The notes under the pieces were generated by a model, which saw only the letters and a list, made by a program, of their open reading frames with translations, made no database searches and was not told the origin of the DNA. Shown piece by piece: positions 11,901 through 23,545 of a stretch of DNA of 64,000 bases. The translations under genes and the position numbers were made by a program. Where the stretch lies: the NCBI RefSeq assembly GCF_023055435.1, contig NW_025963791.1, forward strand, positions 21,638,001 to 21,702,000. The letters are read 5' to 3'. Every line of letters starts with the position of its first letter. The first letter of the stretch is position 1. The stretch comes from Haliotis rufescens (Eukaryota).

Positions 11901-13258
11901 GAGGTTTGTATTTAATATTAGTGTATAAACATTTCAGGTATTCTGTGACAGATTTCTATCGGTATTTGCTGTACACGGGTGTCACTGCATACCACTTTCA
12001 AAGAATGTTGGTATGAGGGTTGGCCAACCACCTTTTCTCATCTTCCCTAGTCAAGGGAGTTAACTGACAATCAGAATCCACCCATGCCTAAACGAAGCTA
12101 GAATTGTTGAGTTCTGTTTTGGCTAGACTAACGAGTCTATGCATCCTCCAATTAAAATCATGTAACGAAATTGACATGCGGTTCATTCACATGGATTTAA
12201 AACTGCAGATTTAGGTCGACTGTAGGATTTGCAAAGGATGCGTATTGGCAACTGGGCATCAGCAGATATTTTCCAAATCTTTTCATGTTTTTGCTCATGT
12301 GATTGATCGCATCTTCGATCATCTTGAATGGGCGCCACCTTTCCGTTTCAAGCAAATGCAAGTGATATGAGAGGTGGAATCTGATTGGTCAGTAGGAGGG
12401 GATTAAAGGGACATAACTCTTAAAAGCCACTCGGGGCGCTACGATCGAGCCCAAAAAGTCCAGCCTTGTTCAGGCAAAGGTGGAAACTGGACTTTTCAAG
12501 TCAGTTAACACCCTTGCCTCGGGAAGATGACCTTTTCTATCTCTTGGATTTGGATCTTGAAACCGCAGCCTAATATAATTGTCTTAATGGCAACTAGCTG
12601 AATCTGTGAATACACAACGCCATTTAGAAAGTGGTCAAATGTAACAAATGTTAAATTATGGATGAACCTTTCTCAGTATAGTACAAATTCTAGTACTTTT
12701 TCCTAAATGGCATTGTGTGTTCATTGTTGTGTTCCAATTTACTTTAGAATTTGTTCTTAACTAAGAAACTGTTATCCCAAATATAACATTTTTTATAACT
12801 GAGTCAGGTGGTCAAGCTTCATGAATTGGTTGATTGTGAGTCTTTGTACTCTGTCAGCATGGGTCCCTGTATGCTCATGATATCAATCTCTGATTTGCCT
12901 GGGCCAGAATCCAATATAAACCAAGACTGTTAATCAAACTTTTTCTCCTACAGGTGAAGTTCTGTTCGTCCCAAGTGGATGTCCGCACTATGTAGAGAAT
13001 CTTGAGGCATCTGTAGCCATCTCCGCAAACTTTGTAGACCTTTCTAATCTCTCGGCTGTGAAAAACGAGCTGAAGGTCAATGCCCTTGTAGACCCCCGAG
13101 CAGATGACCTCTTGAAGCAGCTTGAAGACCCCAAGTTTCCACAAAGTATGGACAGTACTATCAAGGAGTTGCCATGGCAACAGTTCAAGTTTTGGAACCT
13201 TGATAACTATCACATGTTTGATATCACTGCTGAAAGTGTTGCAGGAAATAAAACCTGA
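5562..13258 (+). CDS. TPR-like + JmjC-domain 2OG/Fe(II) oxygenase (JMJD6/JMJD4-like), spliced: join(5562-5956,7195-7370,8056-8174,8427-8571,9294-9527,10226-10373,11497-11651,12954-13258), 558 aa
   Basis: Manual splicing gives GT-AG introns with matching phases (2,1,0,1,1,2,1) and a 1677-nt open frame ending at TGA 13256-13258. Motifs: LSMQEFF..F....TPVVITD (JmjC-proximal), YLFDWSLP, SQLHID (HxD, 10318-10326), WMALFQGRKRW, GEVLFVPSGCPHYVENL..SVAISANFVD (third His 12986-12988). The 5' end is less certain: ATG 5562 directly follows a TTCAG acceptor-like site, so an upstream exon may exist. Confidence 0.9.
6135..6345 (+). mobile_element. retroposon family D, diverged (intron 1)
   Basis: ggggtagaata...tgcttgccgtgagagtcgact...tatagctggaatatt. 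Confidence 0.7.
6945..7107 (-). mobile_element. SINE family A (intron 1)
   Basis: gagtgagtgagtatg...ggaatcgaacc...accactaggctacccc. Confidence 0.85.
7195..7370 (+). CDS. JmjC gene exon 2 (TPR-like: VYAALGTVEESLGNLTKAEQHLKQALTEDP)
   Basis: ttttttcag acceptor and gtatgc donor; fits the TPR pattern LG..Y/E..LG....A...L..AL...P. Confidence 0.88.
7410..7550 (-). mobile_element. retroposon family D fragment (intron 2)
   Basis: Matches the family D body; truncated where the TIR element begins. Confidence 0.75.
7553..7982. mobile_element. non-autonomous TIR DNA element (MULE-like family), copy 1
   Basis: Imperfect 32-bp TIR catcttcccaagacaagggagtaaactgactg / cagtcagttaactcccctgtctcaggaagatg; body homologous to 12039-12529; no TSD visible here. 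Confidence 0.75.
8056..8174 (+). CDS. JmjC gene exon 3
   Basis: tgtttcag acceptor, CAG|gtgaga donor, in frame (NKEYRWHLHKVERQ...PIKQ). Confidence 0.88.
8427..8571 (+). CDS. JmjC gene exon 4
   Basis: ccctttcag acceptor, G|gtaaca donor; VKRVSARGLSMQEFF...TPVVITD is typical of the region preceding JmjC domains. Confidence 0.92.
8785..9041 (-). mobile_element. retroposon family D, near full length (intron 4)
   Basis: Close match to the other family D copies, (AAAC)n-type tail. Confidence 0.88.
9125..9286 (+). mobile_element. SINE family A inserted at the exon 5 splice acceptor
   Basis: ggggcggtcggctagcctagtgg...ccatactcactcac; 12-bp TSD tctttaggtgaa at 9113-9124 and 9287-9298. Confidence 0.93.
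9294..9527 (+). CDS. JmjC gene exon 5
   Basis: ctctttag acceptor (the SINE's right TSD copy), G|gtagga donor; YLFDWSLP...VPRYFAG. Confidence 0.92.
9700..9953 (-). mobile_element. retroposon family D (intron 5)
   Basis: Rc of the family D consensus, ending gatcttcacgggt. Confidence 0.85.
10226..10373 (+). CDS. JmjC gene exon 6 (HxD metal ligands)
   Basis: tgcag acceptor, CG|gtacgt donor; WPSLFLAPAGLCSQLHIDAFASNFWMALFQGRKR. Confidence 0.95.
10798..11449. mobile_element. PIF/Harbinger-like non-autonomous element containing a nested family D fragment (~11047-11200)
   Basis: Perfect 19-bp TIR aggcgtgttcaggagggcg / cgccctcctgaacacgcct; 3-bp TSD CAG at 10795-10797 and 11450-11452. Confidence 0.8.
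11497..11651 (+). CDS. JmjC gene exon 7
   Basis: ttgtag acceptor, G|gtatca donor; WTFFSR...LQCDLKQG. Confidence 0.92.
12039..12529. mobile_element. non-autonomous TIR DNA element (MULE-like, 9-bp TSD), copy 2
   Basis: TIR catcttccctagtcaagggagttaactgac / gtcagttaacacccttgcctcgggaagatg; perfect 9-bp TSD accttttct at 12030-12038 and 12530-12538. Confidence 0.82.
12607..12723. repeat. small inverted-repeat element (MITE remnant)
   Basis: tgaatacacaacgccatttagaaa / ttcctaaatggcattgtgtgttca, 21/24 complementary. Confidence 0.5.
12954..13258 (+). CDS. JmjC gene terminal coding exon (distal His ligand)
   Basis: ttttctcctacag acceptor; GEVLFVPSGCPHYVENL...GNKT*. Confidence 0.93.
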
Positions 13259-13500
13259 TGAATCTATTGCATTACTGGTCCTCTTGTATGTGCTTGTATA
13301 TTTGTTTTCAGAGTTGCAGAGGTTATTGAGTACTGATACCCACAAAATTTCAAAATCACTCAGATGAGGTGAACTTTCACAGTCGTCCTGACACTCTTGA
13401 ATGATATAATGAGGTCATGGGATTCTGTGATAACTGAACCCAAATGGTTGTAAGAATATGTTGTAAGAACAAAACACAACAGAATTTGATCAATCATAAT

Positions 13501-13506
13501 AATAAA
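13501..13506 (+). promoter_or_regulatory. candidate polyadenylation signal of the JmjC gene
   Basis: AATAAA about 240 nt after the stop codon. Confidence 0.4.
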
Positions 13507-13601
13507 TTCATGTGGTATCCATTTTGACAAGCTGAATGGCACAGGGTTTTGTCAAATTTTAGAGAGTGAAAAATCCTATCAAGGAAGTACATGTGTATTC
13601 A

Positions 13602-13869
13602 AGACGTTAAAATATGGTACTTGTTGCTACCCTGTCTGGCGCCCGGCAAGGGGCTAAAACAAGGACTGGTCGGCTCGGAGTCAGTATACTGTGTCTGAGT
13701 AGGGTATTCATGTTCAACTTCGGCATGGTTTCTCAGTGAGCTAGCACTATACATCGGCACCAGTCTGGACTAGTACAAGCAGCCACACAAACACACACAC
13801 ATGCATGCACGTCGCTATATAAGTGCAATAATCTTGGACGCGACGTTAAACCCAATTTCACCTCACCTC
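13602..13869 (+). mobile_element. SINE family B, 5'-truncated
   Basis: 13-bp TSD acatgtgtattca at 13589-13601 and 13870-13882; (CACCT)n tail. Confidence 0.9.
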
Positions 13870-14273
13870 ACATGTGTATTCATACTCCGTTAAAAATCCA
13901 CATGATTTTTAGGATCCCATCAATTGACATTCTGAATCGCAGCCTGGTACCGGTACCCGCGAGCTCCCTATGTATTGAGACATATAAGAAAATGGTTGTT
14001 TATTACTTACCAGGGCAAACATATCACGGTTCATGAAAATCATATGTGCACTAGGGTCATATCACGTCACGAGACAACAGTGTATTGTTTCCGTCATCCG
14101 GACGGATGTCATTCAAATTTTATAGTGAATATAGCTGACGTTTGTTGACGCCATTCCACAAATTGTTGTCCCGTGGCTGTTGAGACTTGCTGTTCTTATA
14201 GGTAATCACTCAAATTCTTTTCTGTATATAGACATCTTCGGTAATAAATAGAACATTGTCTCGGTGTTCATGC

Positions 14274-14682
14274 TAGGGCAAGAACGGGTAACTCGGTACT
14301 CGGGTTGGGTGGGTACTGATAAGGACCCGGGTACCTACAGTACTACCCGGACCCGTGATTAGTCACGTGATATATTGTTTAATGACAAACAGTATCTCAA
14401 ACTCTGTTTAAACTACAAGTCACTAATGTTCTCAGTTCTTCCTGTCTACTACACCCATTCCTGGTGACTTTTGTATGTTTGAATAAAAATATAACTTCAG
14501 TCAAGTTCTGTGTATACACCAGATTGTTTCATACATGTATTTAAACACATTTTACCAGAGCTACGCTCAAAAGGTTTCCCAATCGTACAGTTTATACCTA
14601 CCTCTTGAAACCTACAGCGGGTAGGGTCGGGTAATAGTGGGGTGGGTACCCGTGTAGTAAATGTGGACTCGTCCCAGTCCTA
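14274..14682. mobile_element. hAT-like MITE
   Basis: TAGG...CCTA termini, repeated subterminal CGGGT/ACCCG motifs, imperfect 8-bp TSD gttcatgc / gtttatgt. Confidence 0.6.
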
Positions 14683-15317
14683 GTTTATGTCATACTATGT
14701 TTAGGACACTCTTGCCTAAATTCCGGTATTTAGACACTCCTGTCGTGAACGAGTATGACATGGACACGAATATAGTATCCTCTATGTATGATTTTGCAGC
14801 TGTTAAGGTTGATTCTATGAGTATACAGACGGGAGGAGAAGCCCTACAAGCTACAAGACCGGCTGTATTTGAGATGGTCATAATCGTCACAAAATATGCA
14901 CAGATCCTTCTTTTTCAAAAAGCTGCATCCTCTTGTATTCGTGTTTAGGATGGGCCAGGTTTTAACAAGAAGGTAGAGGGGATATATTTGGATAATTGAT
15001 AAAGTATATATATGTGCTGTGTACAAGTCACCTTTAGTGATACAGAATCATGTCTGTTCGCATAGCTATCAATTTTCTCATTCATTCGGGTGAGCCACAC
15101 AGTGAAAAACGTGTCGAATGTTTTTTCTGAAAAAATAATCTTTTTTTTCTCATCATCATAATCTCAAAATGGCCCACTTTTTAAATATAATTAAGCAAGG
15201 GGATCCTATTGTGACATTTCTAGAAGGAATACCACACATCCAATTGTTATGTAAATTCTCTTCAAATTTGGGCTTACCGACATTGTCACCCATTAAGGAA
15301 TATCACACATCTAACTG

Positions 15318-15498
15318 TAAAAGGCGAGATTGGGTAGTCAGGCTCACTGACTTGGTTGATGCATGTTATCGATCGTATCCCAATTGCGTGGACCGATGCT
15401 CATGATATCAACCACTGGATTGTCTGGTCCAAACGCGATTCATAGACCGCCGTCATATAGCTGGAATATTGCTGAGTACAGCGTTCAACAACAAAAAT
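15318..15498 (+). mobile_element. retroposon family D, 5'-truncated
   Basis: Family D body and tail, flanked by duplicated atctaactg. Confidence 0.8.
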
Positions 15499-17763
15499 AT
15501 CTAACTGCCATGTAAATTCATTTCAAAATTAGGCTTCCCGACATTGTCCCCTATCTTCACACCATTAAACACCAGTGAATATTTTGAGTCACGAAAAATA
15601 TTCGCAATGTGATAAATAGAAATATCAAATTTAACCAATCGACCCAAAAGCCACGGAAGAATAAGTCGTGAAGATGTATATAAACTTTGTCAAGTGTGAT
15701 TCTGAATTAGTGTTGGCATGCATAAAAGTTCTCTTTTACCATCACATTGATATGTTTATGGTATTCCACTTGCGCGAAACGTTAAATCACTAACACCACC
15801 CTCACCAATGTATATACATTTTGTACTTCTAATAGGACATGTTACAGTGCCGAAGAAATGGATGTTTTCAACGCTAGAGTGACGACGGTGCTGAACGTAA
15901 TTCACCCATCGTGTTTATTTACAGTTAATCTACATCCAGTTTAATATTTTCTTCCATCTTTCACTTTTTCTTCTTGATCGAAGGATTGGTAATTACGTGG
16001 TACACAAAATGTATTAAATTTCCTGAAAGTGGACCTCATAACTTTTGTCTTTTGAGTCATGTAGTGCGTAATGCCTGGCCATAGTTAAAGAGCGCCTTAC
16101 CTAGAGGAGTTACCTCCCTTTGACCGTGTTCTTATTTTGGCGAGCGACATGAATTGTCTTGTATTTTTTCTTTCAAATTGACTGTATATAGGGCCAGGGT
16201 ATAAATAATCCCCCTCAATGTTAAACAAACACATGCCAAGTTAATAGAATGAGTCATAACTGTCTTTCCAAGACGAAAAAAAACAAACCCGGGATATAAG
16301 TCGCGTCTTCCAAACTAAAGCGTCTGTAAAATACGACATTTTGGGCGAGGATTTGAATCGGATTACGCTTGAGTAAATATTATTGAAGCCGATACCGCCA
16401 TCTCGCGGATATTCATAGCAGCTGAATTTCGACATGTATTTGTGTATTTAATAACTTTTACTTGCTGGTGCAGTGAGTTAAGAATCAGATTCTGCTTCAA
16501 CCAGTCAAACCTGTTTACAGCCATTATTTTAGAGCAAATGAATACAGTTTTACGCTGTCAGCAGTATTCAATCTTTGTCACGGCGGCCTGTAAATAATCG
16601 AGTCTGGGCCTGGCCAACCAGAGGCTGATAGCACGAACACCGACCCACGACGGTGTGTCACGCTGACCTCATCAGGCAACCCTTCCGACCAGTACGGGGA
16701 ACCTCAGTCCTGGAATACCGACCACGAATTTATTTGAAAAAAATGATTCAACCGATTTGAATACGTTTAAGTGAATAACAAAGCAGACAGCGCCATCGAT
16801 AATATTTTCCAAATTCCCGAAATATGCCGAGGCGAAGCTATTCAGGGTAACACGTCTTTCCGCCCTAACCTGTTTGACTAATACCGGAGTAAGCAAATCG
16901 GTCAAAAAAAAGTTTATTTGAATTAGAATTTAAACACGACACGTTTTGTCAACAAAATTAGCCTAAAATGAACAGTTTTTGTTAGAATAGGCTGTCTGTG
17001 TTTCAAAGCTCTTCTATACAGCTTATCTTAAGACGGCTAGTGATCGGTATCATAAGATCTGCACGTGATACTGTTATGTTGGTGTTTGAAGAAATCAGTC
17101 AGTAGCAACAACGTCTTTTTTCTGTATCCGACCGGTATCCCCGCTAGTGACACGGGTGATTGTGAAAGTCGATCCTGGAGACAGAGCGTTTTACGACCTA
17201 ATTTGGTTTATTCGAGTGTTGCCTTGGAGATTATTTTCTTCTTTCTGTACTTTCCAGGTTAATGCTAATATAATCGCAGTTAATAACCATTGTTATCGTT
17301 AATTATTAGATCACTACTTTTCTTAATAATTTAACGTGCCAAAAAGTTTGAGTTATAGAAATGGATATGCTGGTTTATTTTTTGTGAAATCGTGTTCAGC
17401 CATGTTGAATTAAAAAAAAGTCCACTAAATTTTGACCTGGCTACGCTTGTAATCTATTCCCTCTCCGCCCTACGGTTTAGAACCATGTTAGGTAACATTC
17501 CCGACTTCCGTTGACTTGTAAATCGCAACGAGCGGTAGCTAAAGCACGCTTTGAGTGCGTTTGTTTAAAAGTTCATGTTGTTGATTGTACGAGTGCTTCC
17601 AGTGGATTATATTTCTGCACCATGTTCCTTTCTCTTAATATGTGAATGTCTTTACCTTGGCTGCATATTTTCTAAACAAATCCCCAACCACTGACAGAAA
17701 ATTAAACATAATTTTAATCATTTCACAGGATAATCGCACTTTTCTTAGTTTCGATTTCAATGT

Positions 17764-18617
17764 TGTATCCCCCCGGCATATACTGCGGGGGATGTAGTCG
17801 ACGCCTCGTCTCTTTGTCCGTCCGTCTGTGCATAATCATTTCGTTTCCGGAGAACAACTAAAAAAAACGTTCAATATTTTTCAACAAAACTAAGGTGATA
17901 TGTTAAAGAGAACCTGAAGTGGTGCCTTTTGCTATTTACGGATTTTTTGCTTTTTAATTTTTCTCGAATTCCATGGAAACAATGTGTTCTTAGTCTCATA
18001 AGGGGGTGCATTTAGTTTCCGGAGCACAACTCAAAAACCGTTCTATATTTTTCAACAAAACTTGACAGATATATCGAAGAGATCCAGAAGTGGTGCCTTT
18101 TGCTATTTACGGATGTTTTACATATTTATTTTTCTCGAATTCTATGGAAACAATTTGGACTTAGTCTCAAAAGGGTGGGGCTAGGTGTCGTTTCCGGAGC
18201 ACAACTTGAAAACTTTGACATGCGTTTCCTCCAAACCTGGTAAATGTATTAATCAAGGGCTTTATTGGGGCCTTTTGCTATTTAGGAATTTTTAAAAGTT
18301 CGATTTTCCCCTGTTTCCATGAAAACAAGTTACACTTTGCGGAGGTAGGTGTCGTTTCCGTATAAACTTTCCTGTTTCGATGGCAACAAGTTTGACTTTG
18401 ACTCTTTTCATAGTGGTGTGTACGTAACAGAAATACAAAGTTCCAAATTCCAATTCCATGGTTTTGTTTTGATAGCTCAATAACTACTCTACTATACGGA
18501 CAGACAGATTAGATAGAAATTCTCTCATCAAGTTGGACTTGGAGTAGCAGTCAGATGATTTGTTCTTTCGAATTTGTGACTGGCAGGGGGATTTGTCATC
18601 TTCTGATGACTCTTGTT
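17764..18617 (+). mobile_element. Helentron-associated interspersed element (HINE/DINE-1-like) with internal ~170-bp tandem repeats
   Basis: 5' atccccccggca..tgcgggggat hairpin, (GTCC/GTCT)n, 3-4 repeats starting gtttccggag (about 17843, 18015, 18190, 18354), 3' subTIR ggcagggggat, palindrome gtcatc-ttct-gatgac, end cttgtt. Confidence 0.75.
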
Positions 18618-18794
18618 TAGATTTAGGGGGCAATTTCACTGTCAAGCAATCACTCGTGTTGAATCCTATGATTATTTTATGTCATGTCCTCTAGCGGTCT
18701 TATTTCATAACTTGTCATCGGTCCTAATCATACAAGCTTAGATGATAGTCAACCAAGCCCTTCTCCGCAGATAGAGCGTCTGCCCGGAGCGCGA

Positions 18795-19060
18795 GTTGGG
18801 TTTAACGCCGCTGTTAACAGTATTCCAGTTATATCACAGCGTGTCAGCTTAATGTGGGAGGAAATCCCGAAGTGATGCAGGTCTCAGACGTTTACCACTT
18901 CGGTGAAATCCTAGAGCACGGGTATGGTGCTGACAAACCTAGAAACATAATCGGGGCGAACCGGGATTCGAACCCACAACCATAGGTTTCTGGCGTGCCC
19001 AAAGGACGCAACTCTGCACAGCGAATCGCGGCGCCTTAGACAACTGGGCACCCGTGCCCC
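18795..19060 (-). mobile_element. SINE family C (tRNA-Leu-like expanded head)
   Basis: Rc of the 49112-49392 copy. Confidence 0.88.
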
Positions 19061-19689
19061 CTTGCCGAAGAGCGGAAGGTTGGTGGTTCGATCCCAAGTC
19101 CGCGTCAAAAAACATCAAAAGATTATACTCCTTGTTACACTGTCAATGGTATCACAGCGGGCTAGAACTATAAAACCGGTATTACTCTGGGCAAGTACAA
19201 GTGTCACAGTCATCGATCCCATTTGCTTGGATCGATGCCCGTCATGTCAATCACTAGATATTCTGGTCCAGACTCGATTATTTACAGACCGCTGTCATAG
19301 AGCCGTCAGAGTGCGGCGTTAAACAACAACAAAAACAAATCACGCACGAACACAAACACGTGCATGCGCGTAGCTATATGAGTGCAATTATCTTGAACGC
19401 GACCCCATTTCACCTCACATGTCAAGCAACATCACGTGCAATGTTAAGTTGATGGTGTCTCACCCGAACTTAACAATGATAGAAAGTAATACCCCACTGT
19501 GTTATTAGGAGTCACTCTTGCCTTGTGCCGAAGTCATATAGGCTTCACACACACAGATAAATACTTAGTGCATTTAAGGTCTTTTTAATTTAAGTGACTG
19601 AAACGAATACATTTTGACCCTGCATTATACATAGACCATTTGCTTGAGCGAATGGAATAATAGAAAGAGTCAGAAATATTTAAGCTATT

Positions 19690-19927
19690 GTGTTTGGTCG
19701 TTTATTAGCGCCGCAGTATTCCTGCTTTATGAAGGAGGTCTGTAAATAATCGAGCCTGGAGCAGACAATCCAGTGATTGATATCATGAACATCGGTCCGT
19801 GCAATTGGGATACGATGACATGCATCAAGTCAGCGAGCCTGACCTCCCGATTCCGTTAGTCGACTCTTACGATAAGCATTGAGTGCGGCGTTAAACAACA
19901 ACCAAACAAACAAACAAACAAACAAAC
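19690..19927 (-). mobile_element. retroposon family D, rearranged copy
   Basis: Minus-strand D body joined at about 19880 to a plus-strand tail gagtgcggcgttaaacaac(aaac)n. Confidence 0.65.
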
Positions 19928-19964
19928 ATCCTCGGCCACAAATGACCCGCAAGTCGATAAAGCA

Positions 19965-20480
19965 GTTGTGGTAGTATTAGTAGGAGTAGTGGTAGTAGAC
20001 GTGCAAATGGTAGTGGTAGTAGTAGTAGTTGTAGTAGTAGTAGAAGAAGCAGTAGTGGTAGCAGTAGTAGTAGTGGTAGTAGAATCACAAATAATAGTGG
20101 TAGTAGCAGTAGGAGTACCGCCGACAGTTTTATTAGCNNNNNNNNNNNNNNNNNNNNNNNNNNNNNNNNNNNNNNNNNNNNNNNNNNNNNNNNNNNNNNN
20201 NNNNNNNNNNNNNNNNNNNNNNNNNNNNNNNNNNNNNNNNNNNNNNNNNNNNNNNNNNNNNNNNNNNNNNNNNNNNNNNNNNNNNNNNNNNNNNNNNNNN
20301 NNNNNNNNNNTAGTAATAGGAGTAGTAGTTGAAGCAGCAGTAGCAGTAGCAGTGACAGTAGTATCAGTAGTAGCAGCAGCAGTAGTATCAGTAGTACTAT
20401 CAGTAGTAGTAGTATCAGAAGTATAGTAGTAGTTGTAAAAGTAGCATTGAAAGTTGTGGTAGTTGTACTTGTGGTAGAAC
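19965..20480. repeat. degenerate (GTA/GCA)n microsatellite spanning a gap
   Basis: Direct inspection. Confidence 0.9.
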
Positions 20481-21209
20481 TATAACAGCATCGGCAGTAG
20501 TAGTGGTCGTTGTTAAGTAAGTGGTGTTGCAGTGTGAAGACCGTGTAGTCTGTGGCGGTGTAGCCGAAGCAGTAATAAAGCTGCAGCAGTCGTAGTGAAG
20601 TGGTGGGGGTACTTGTAGTCGTGTGTGGTATGTGGCAGTTCACCTACATTCATCTATACACTAAGGTATCTAGGCCAAGGAGCAGCTCTGTACTCTATGT
20701 CTGTGGACACGACCTCTTTCACCAGGAATGTTGATTCATGGCTACCCAGTCCTGGTCCGGTGTCATCCTATGCGTCGAGCGGTGAATGTAGGCTGTCGGT
20801 ATAGTACAGTCAATGATATCATTAGATTAACGCGGCGACGTGCTCAGCATGATCAAACATGGGACATGCAAACCTTATGCGGAGTATGAGAATCGTTATG
20901 CGATGTTTTTTAACCAGATTTACCCCATGTCACACTTGAAAATGACATCCATACTGGGCCGCCATTGTGGCAAACCGATCCCCGTTTGGTCCTAATGAAT
21001 TTCCCGACGTTTGTACTCGAGAAACGTCGGTCGCGGAGAATAGTTGGATAGGTGGCCGCTTTCGGCAGCTATACTCCTGAGAGTTTCATGGGCTTCTGTC
21101 CTGCCCAACACTGACGCACATGTCACACATGTGGTGTCTCTTAAGGCAAGTGGCTTTGTTCGAAACGTGTCTCTGTTTACTCAGCAGTGAAGGGATACCC
21201 GGTAGGATG

Positions 21210-21353
21210 GGATGGTTTGTTTGTTGTTTAACGCTGCACTCAGCAATATTCAAGCTATTTGACGGCGGTCTGTAAATAATAAAGTCTGGACATGACAATC
21301 CAGTGATTGACATCATGAGCATCGATCCACGCAGTTGGGATACGATGACATGA
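21210..21353 (-). mobile_element. retroposon family D, 3' fragment
   Basis: Tail and body match. Confidence 0.75.
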
Positions 21354-21354
21354 T

Positions 21355-21535
21355 GAGATGGTAATTTGGCAGTTAATCTTCTAGCGACTCACGGGTAGCT
21401 TGGGTTATATACTCCCAAGGGAGTTTAGAATGATAAACACGTGCACACTGATCGGTTGACCAGGGTAGCAATGCCAGCGCTTTGAGCATGCATCTTGTAT
21501 GTAGGCTAGCGCAATATAAGCATATTTGTATTATA
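21355..21535 (+). mobile_element. 3' fragment of a further SINE family E (Deu-like body, L2-like tail)
   Basis: ttctagcgactcacgggtagc...tactcccaagggagtt...agcgctttgagcat...gcgcaatataag; homologous to the rc of 26963-27030. Confidence 0.45.
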
Positions 21536-21789
21536 AAGATTCAAATCAATACTTTGTCAGACTACGGTGATCCCAAGGACCCAATATTTGTTATAATAGC
21601 CGACTAAAATGAAGATCGGGTGGCCAAAATGTCTACTATGCAAGACAAGCACTGGTCCGCGTTTCCACCTGGGACTTGGCTTAGTGTGTGAAATTTGCAT
21701 CAAGAAATGTTGATTTCAGTTACAAATATAATTATTCTTCTGAATCAAATTGTTCACCTGAATCAAATTGTTATATTGTTTAAACCCTG

Positions 21790-22025
21790 ATGGAGGTATT
21801 CAGGTTAGACTCGGTCTTCAGCAACCCATGCTTGTCGTTAGAGGCGACTGATGGAATCGGGTGGTTGGGCTCGCTGACTTGGTTGACGCATGTCACCGTA
21901 TACCAATTACGTAGATAGATGCTCACGATATTAATCACTGGATTGTATGGCACACACTCGATTATTTACATACCGCCGTCATATAGCTGGAATAATGAGT
22001 TCGGCCTTAAACAACAAACAAACAA
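21790..22025 (+). mobile_element. retroposon family D
   Basis: ggtcttcagcaacccatgcttgtcgttagaggcgact...aaacaacaaacaaac. Confidence 0.8.
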
Positions 22026-23545
22026 TATATTGCTTAACATCACATGTGTTTGATCTGTGGTTAATTCAGATATCGAAGACATTTTCTGTAACTAACGATT
22101 ACAGTAAAACCCCGTTAATCTGGAACTCTCGCATTAAGGGCGATCTTTTTAAGCATGCGTTTTCATATACAGAAAGACATTTCAGTACCGGTCGGACAAA
22201 CGGGGTTTCGATGTTTATCAAATCACTGTTTACAAGCGCCGATATTTATTTCCCATCGATCTGCAGATACCATTTCATCTATGAATACTAGAAACATATC
22301 ATTTACATATAATAAACTTCAAAAATCACCGCCTTGTCTATTTAATAACACGACTTCGATAAGACACAAACAAATGTTTTGTTTCTCATTTCCGCCGGCG
22401 TCCGGTTTCATCCCCGGCAGGCTGTTGGTTTTTTTACACCGAATTTTAGTAGACGGCCCCGCCACCGAGACAGGTGGTCGTATTGTTTTGCGATATAAGT
22501 GTCAGTACCCCGTGTACATGCACCCTTTAAGGCAACGGCATGTATATTTTATCTAGGTTAAATGACGTCCCATCTTTCTTTCTCTATCTTACTATAAAAA
22601 AACACTAGTTTTTTAAAAAGGTCACACTATCGCATCGAGTTAGCTCATCTAAACACAAGAAACACGGGATACGTTTGCTTTGGCCTAAGTCGACACGAAT
22701 AGTTTTTCTTTAAGGCGACAAATACACGTCTGAGTTTTATTCGCAGGCTTGAGGTCTGTCCTTTGATTAATGATATCATTGTAAGCAAATACAATGCATA
22801 AAGGCCAGGTCTTATATGACGCAGGTTCATGAGTTGTGGTTATAAATATCTGCATCTGGCCACCTCGCGCGTCATATCGGTGCAGCTTTAGAAGTTATTG
22901 TTGTTGCAATTGAAAGTAAATAACGCACGGAGCCATTCACTATTTCGCTCCTTTTAAAGACTGTAGGTTCTTATCAAACCATATAAGGCTTTTTTGTCTG
23001 CATGGTTAACTTATCGTATTGGGCCGATTGAATTTGAAACTATTGTTTACAATCATAAACACGAGCCAAGTGTGGTACATGCAGGTTTTGATGAAATACG
23101 GGTTTGCACAGTCAGCGCTTTTTACGCTGGGACTACAATACACTCTGGTGGCTCGTTGTCTGATATCCGACTAAAGGCGTACTGAGCTTGAACGAAATAT
23201 ATTTCTTCATTATTTGATTTAATGGAGGATGGTTGGGTAATGTAAACAATTTATCAATGTATTATGACCGATTTTTGTTCTCATTGCAGTTGATACATGA
23301 TCTGAAGCATGGGTGGACCACACTGGCTTTCCCTTGATAGGGTTTTTGTTTTTGTCAATCATCTGACTGATGCTGTTGTATCATTGTATCACCGTCTCTT
23401 TCATTCTTTGTCTGTCTCTTCTACCGTCAGAAAACGTTGTTGCATTTACCTGTGATAATCATGTGTGAAGATGTGAGACTTTAGACGAAAGGGTAATCTC
23501 AACACGGTTGTAGGCTAAAATTAGATTGATATTAGAATCATTGGG

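Noticed and set aside
19891-20643. Poly-Leu/Val/Thr ORFs
   Set aside because: Trinucleotide microsatellite plus an N gap.
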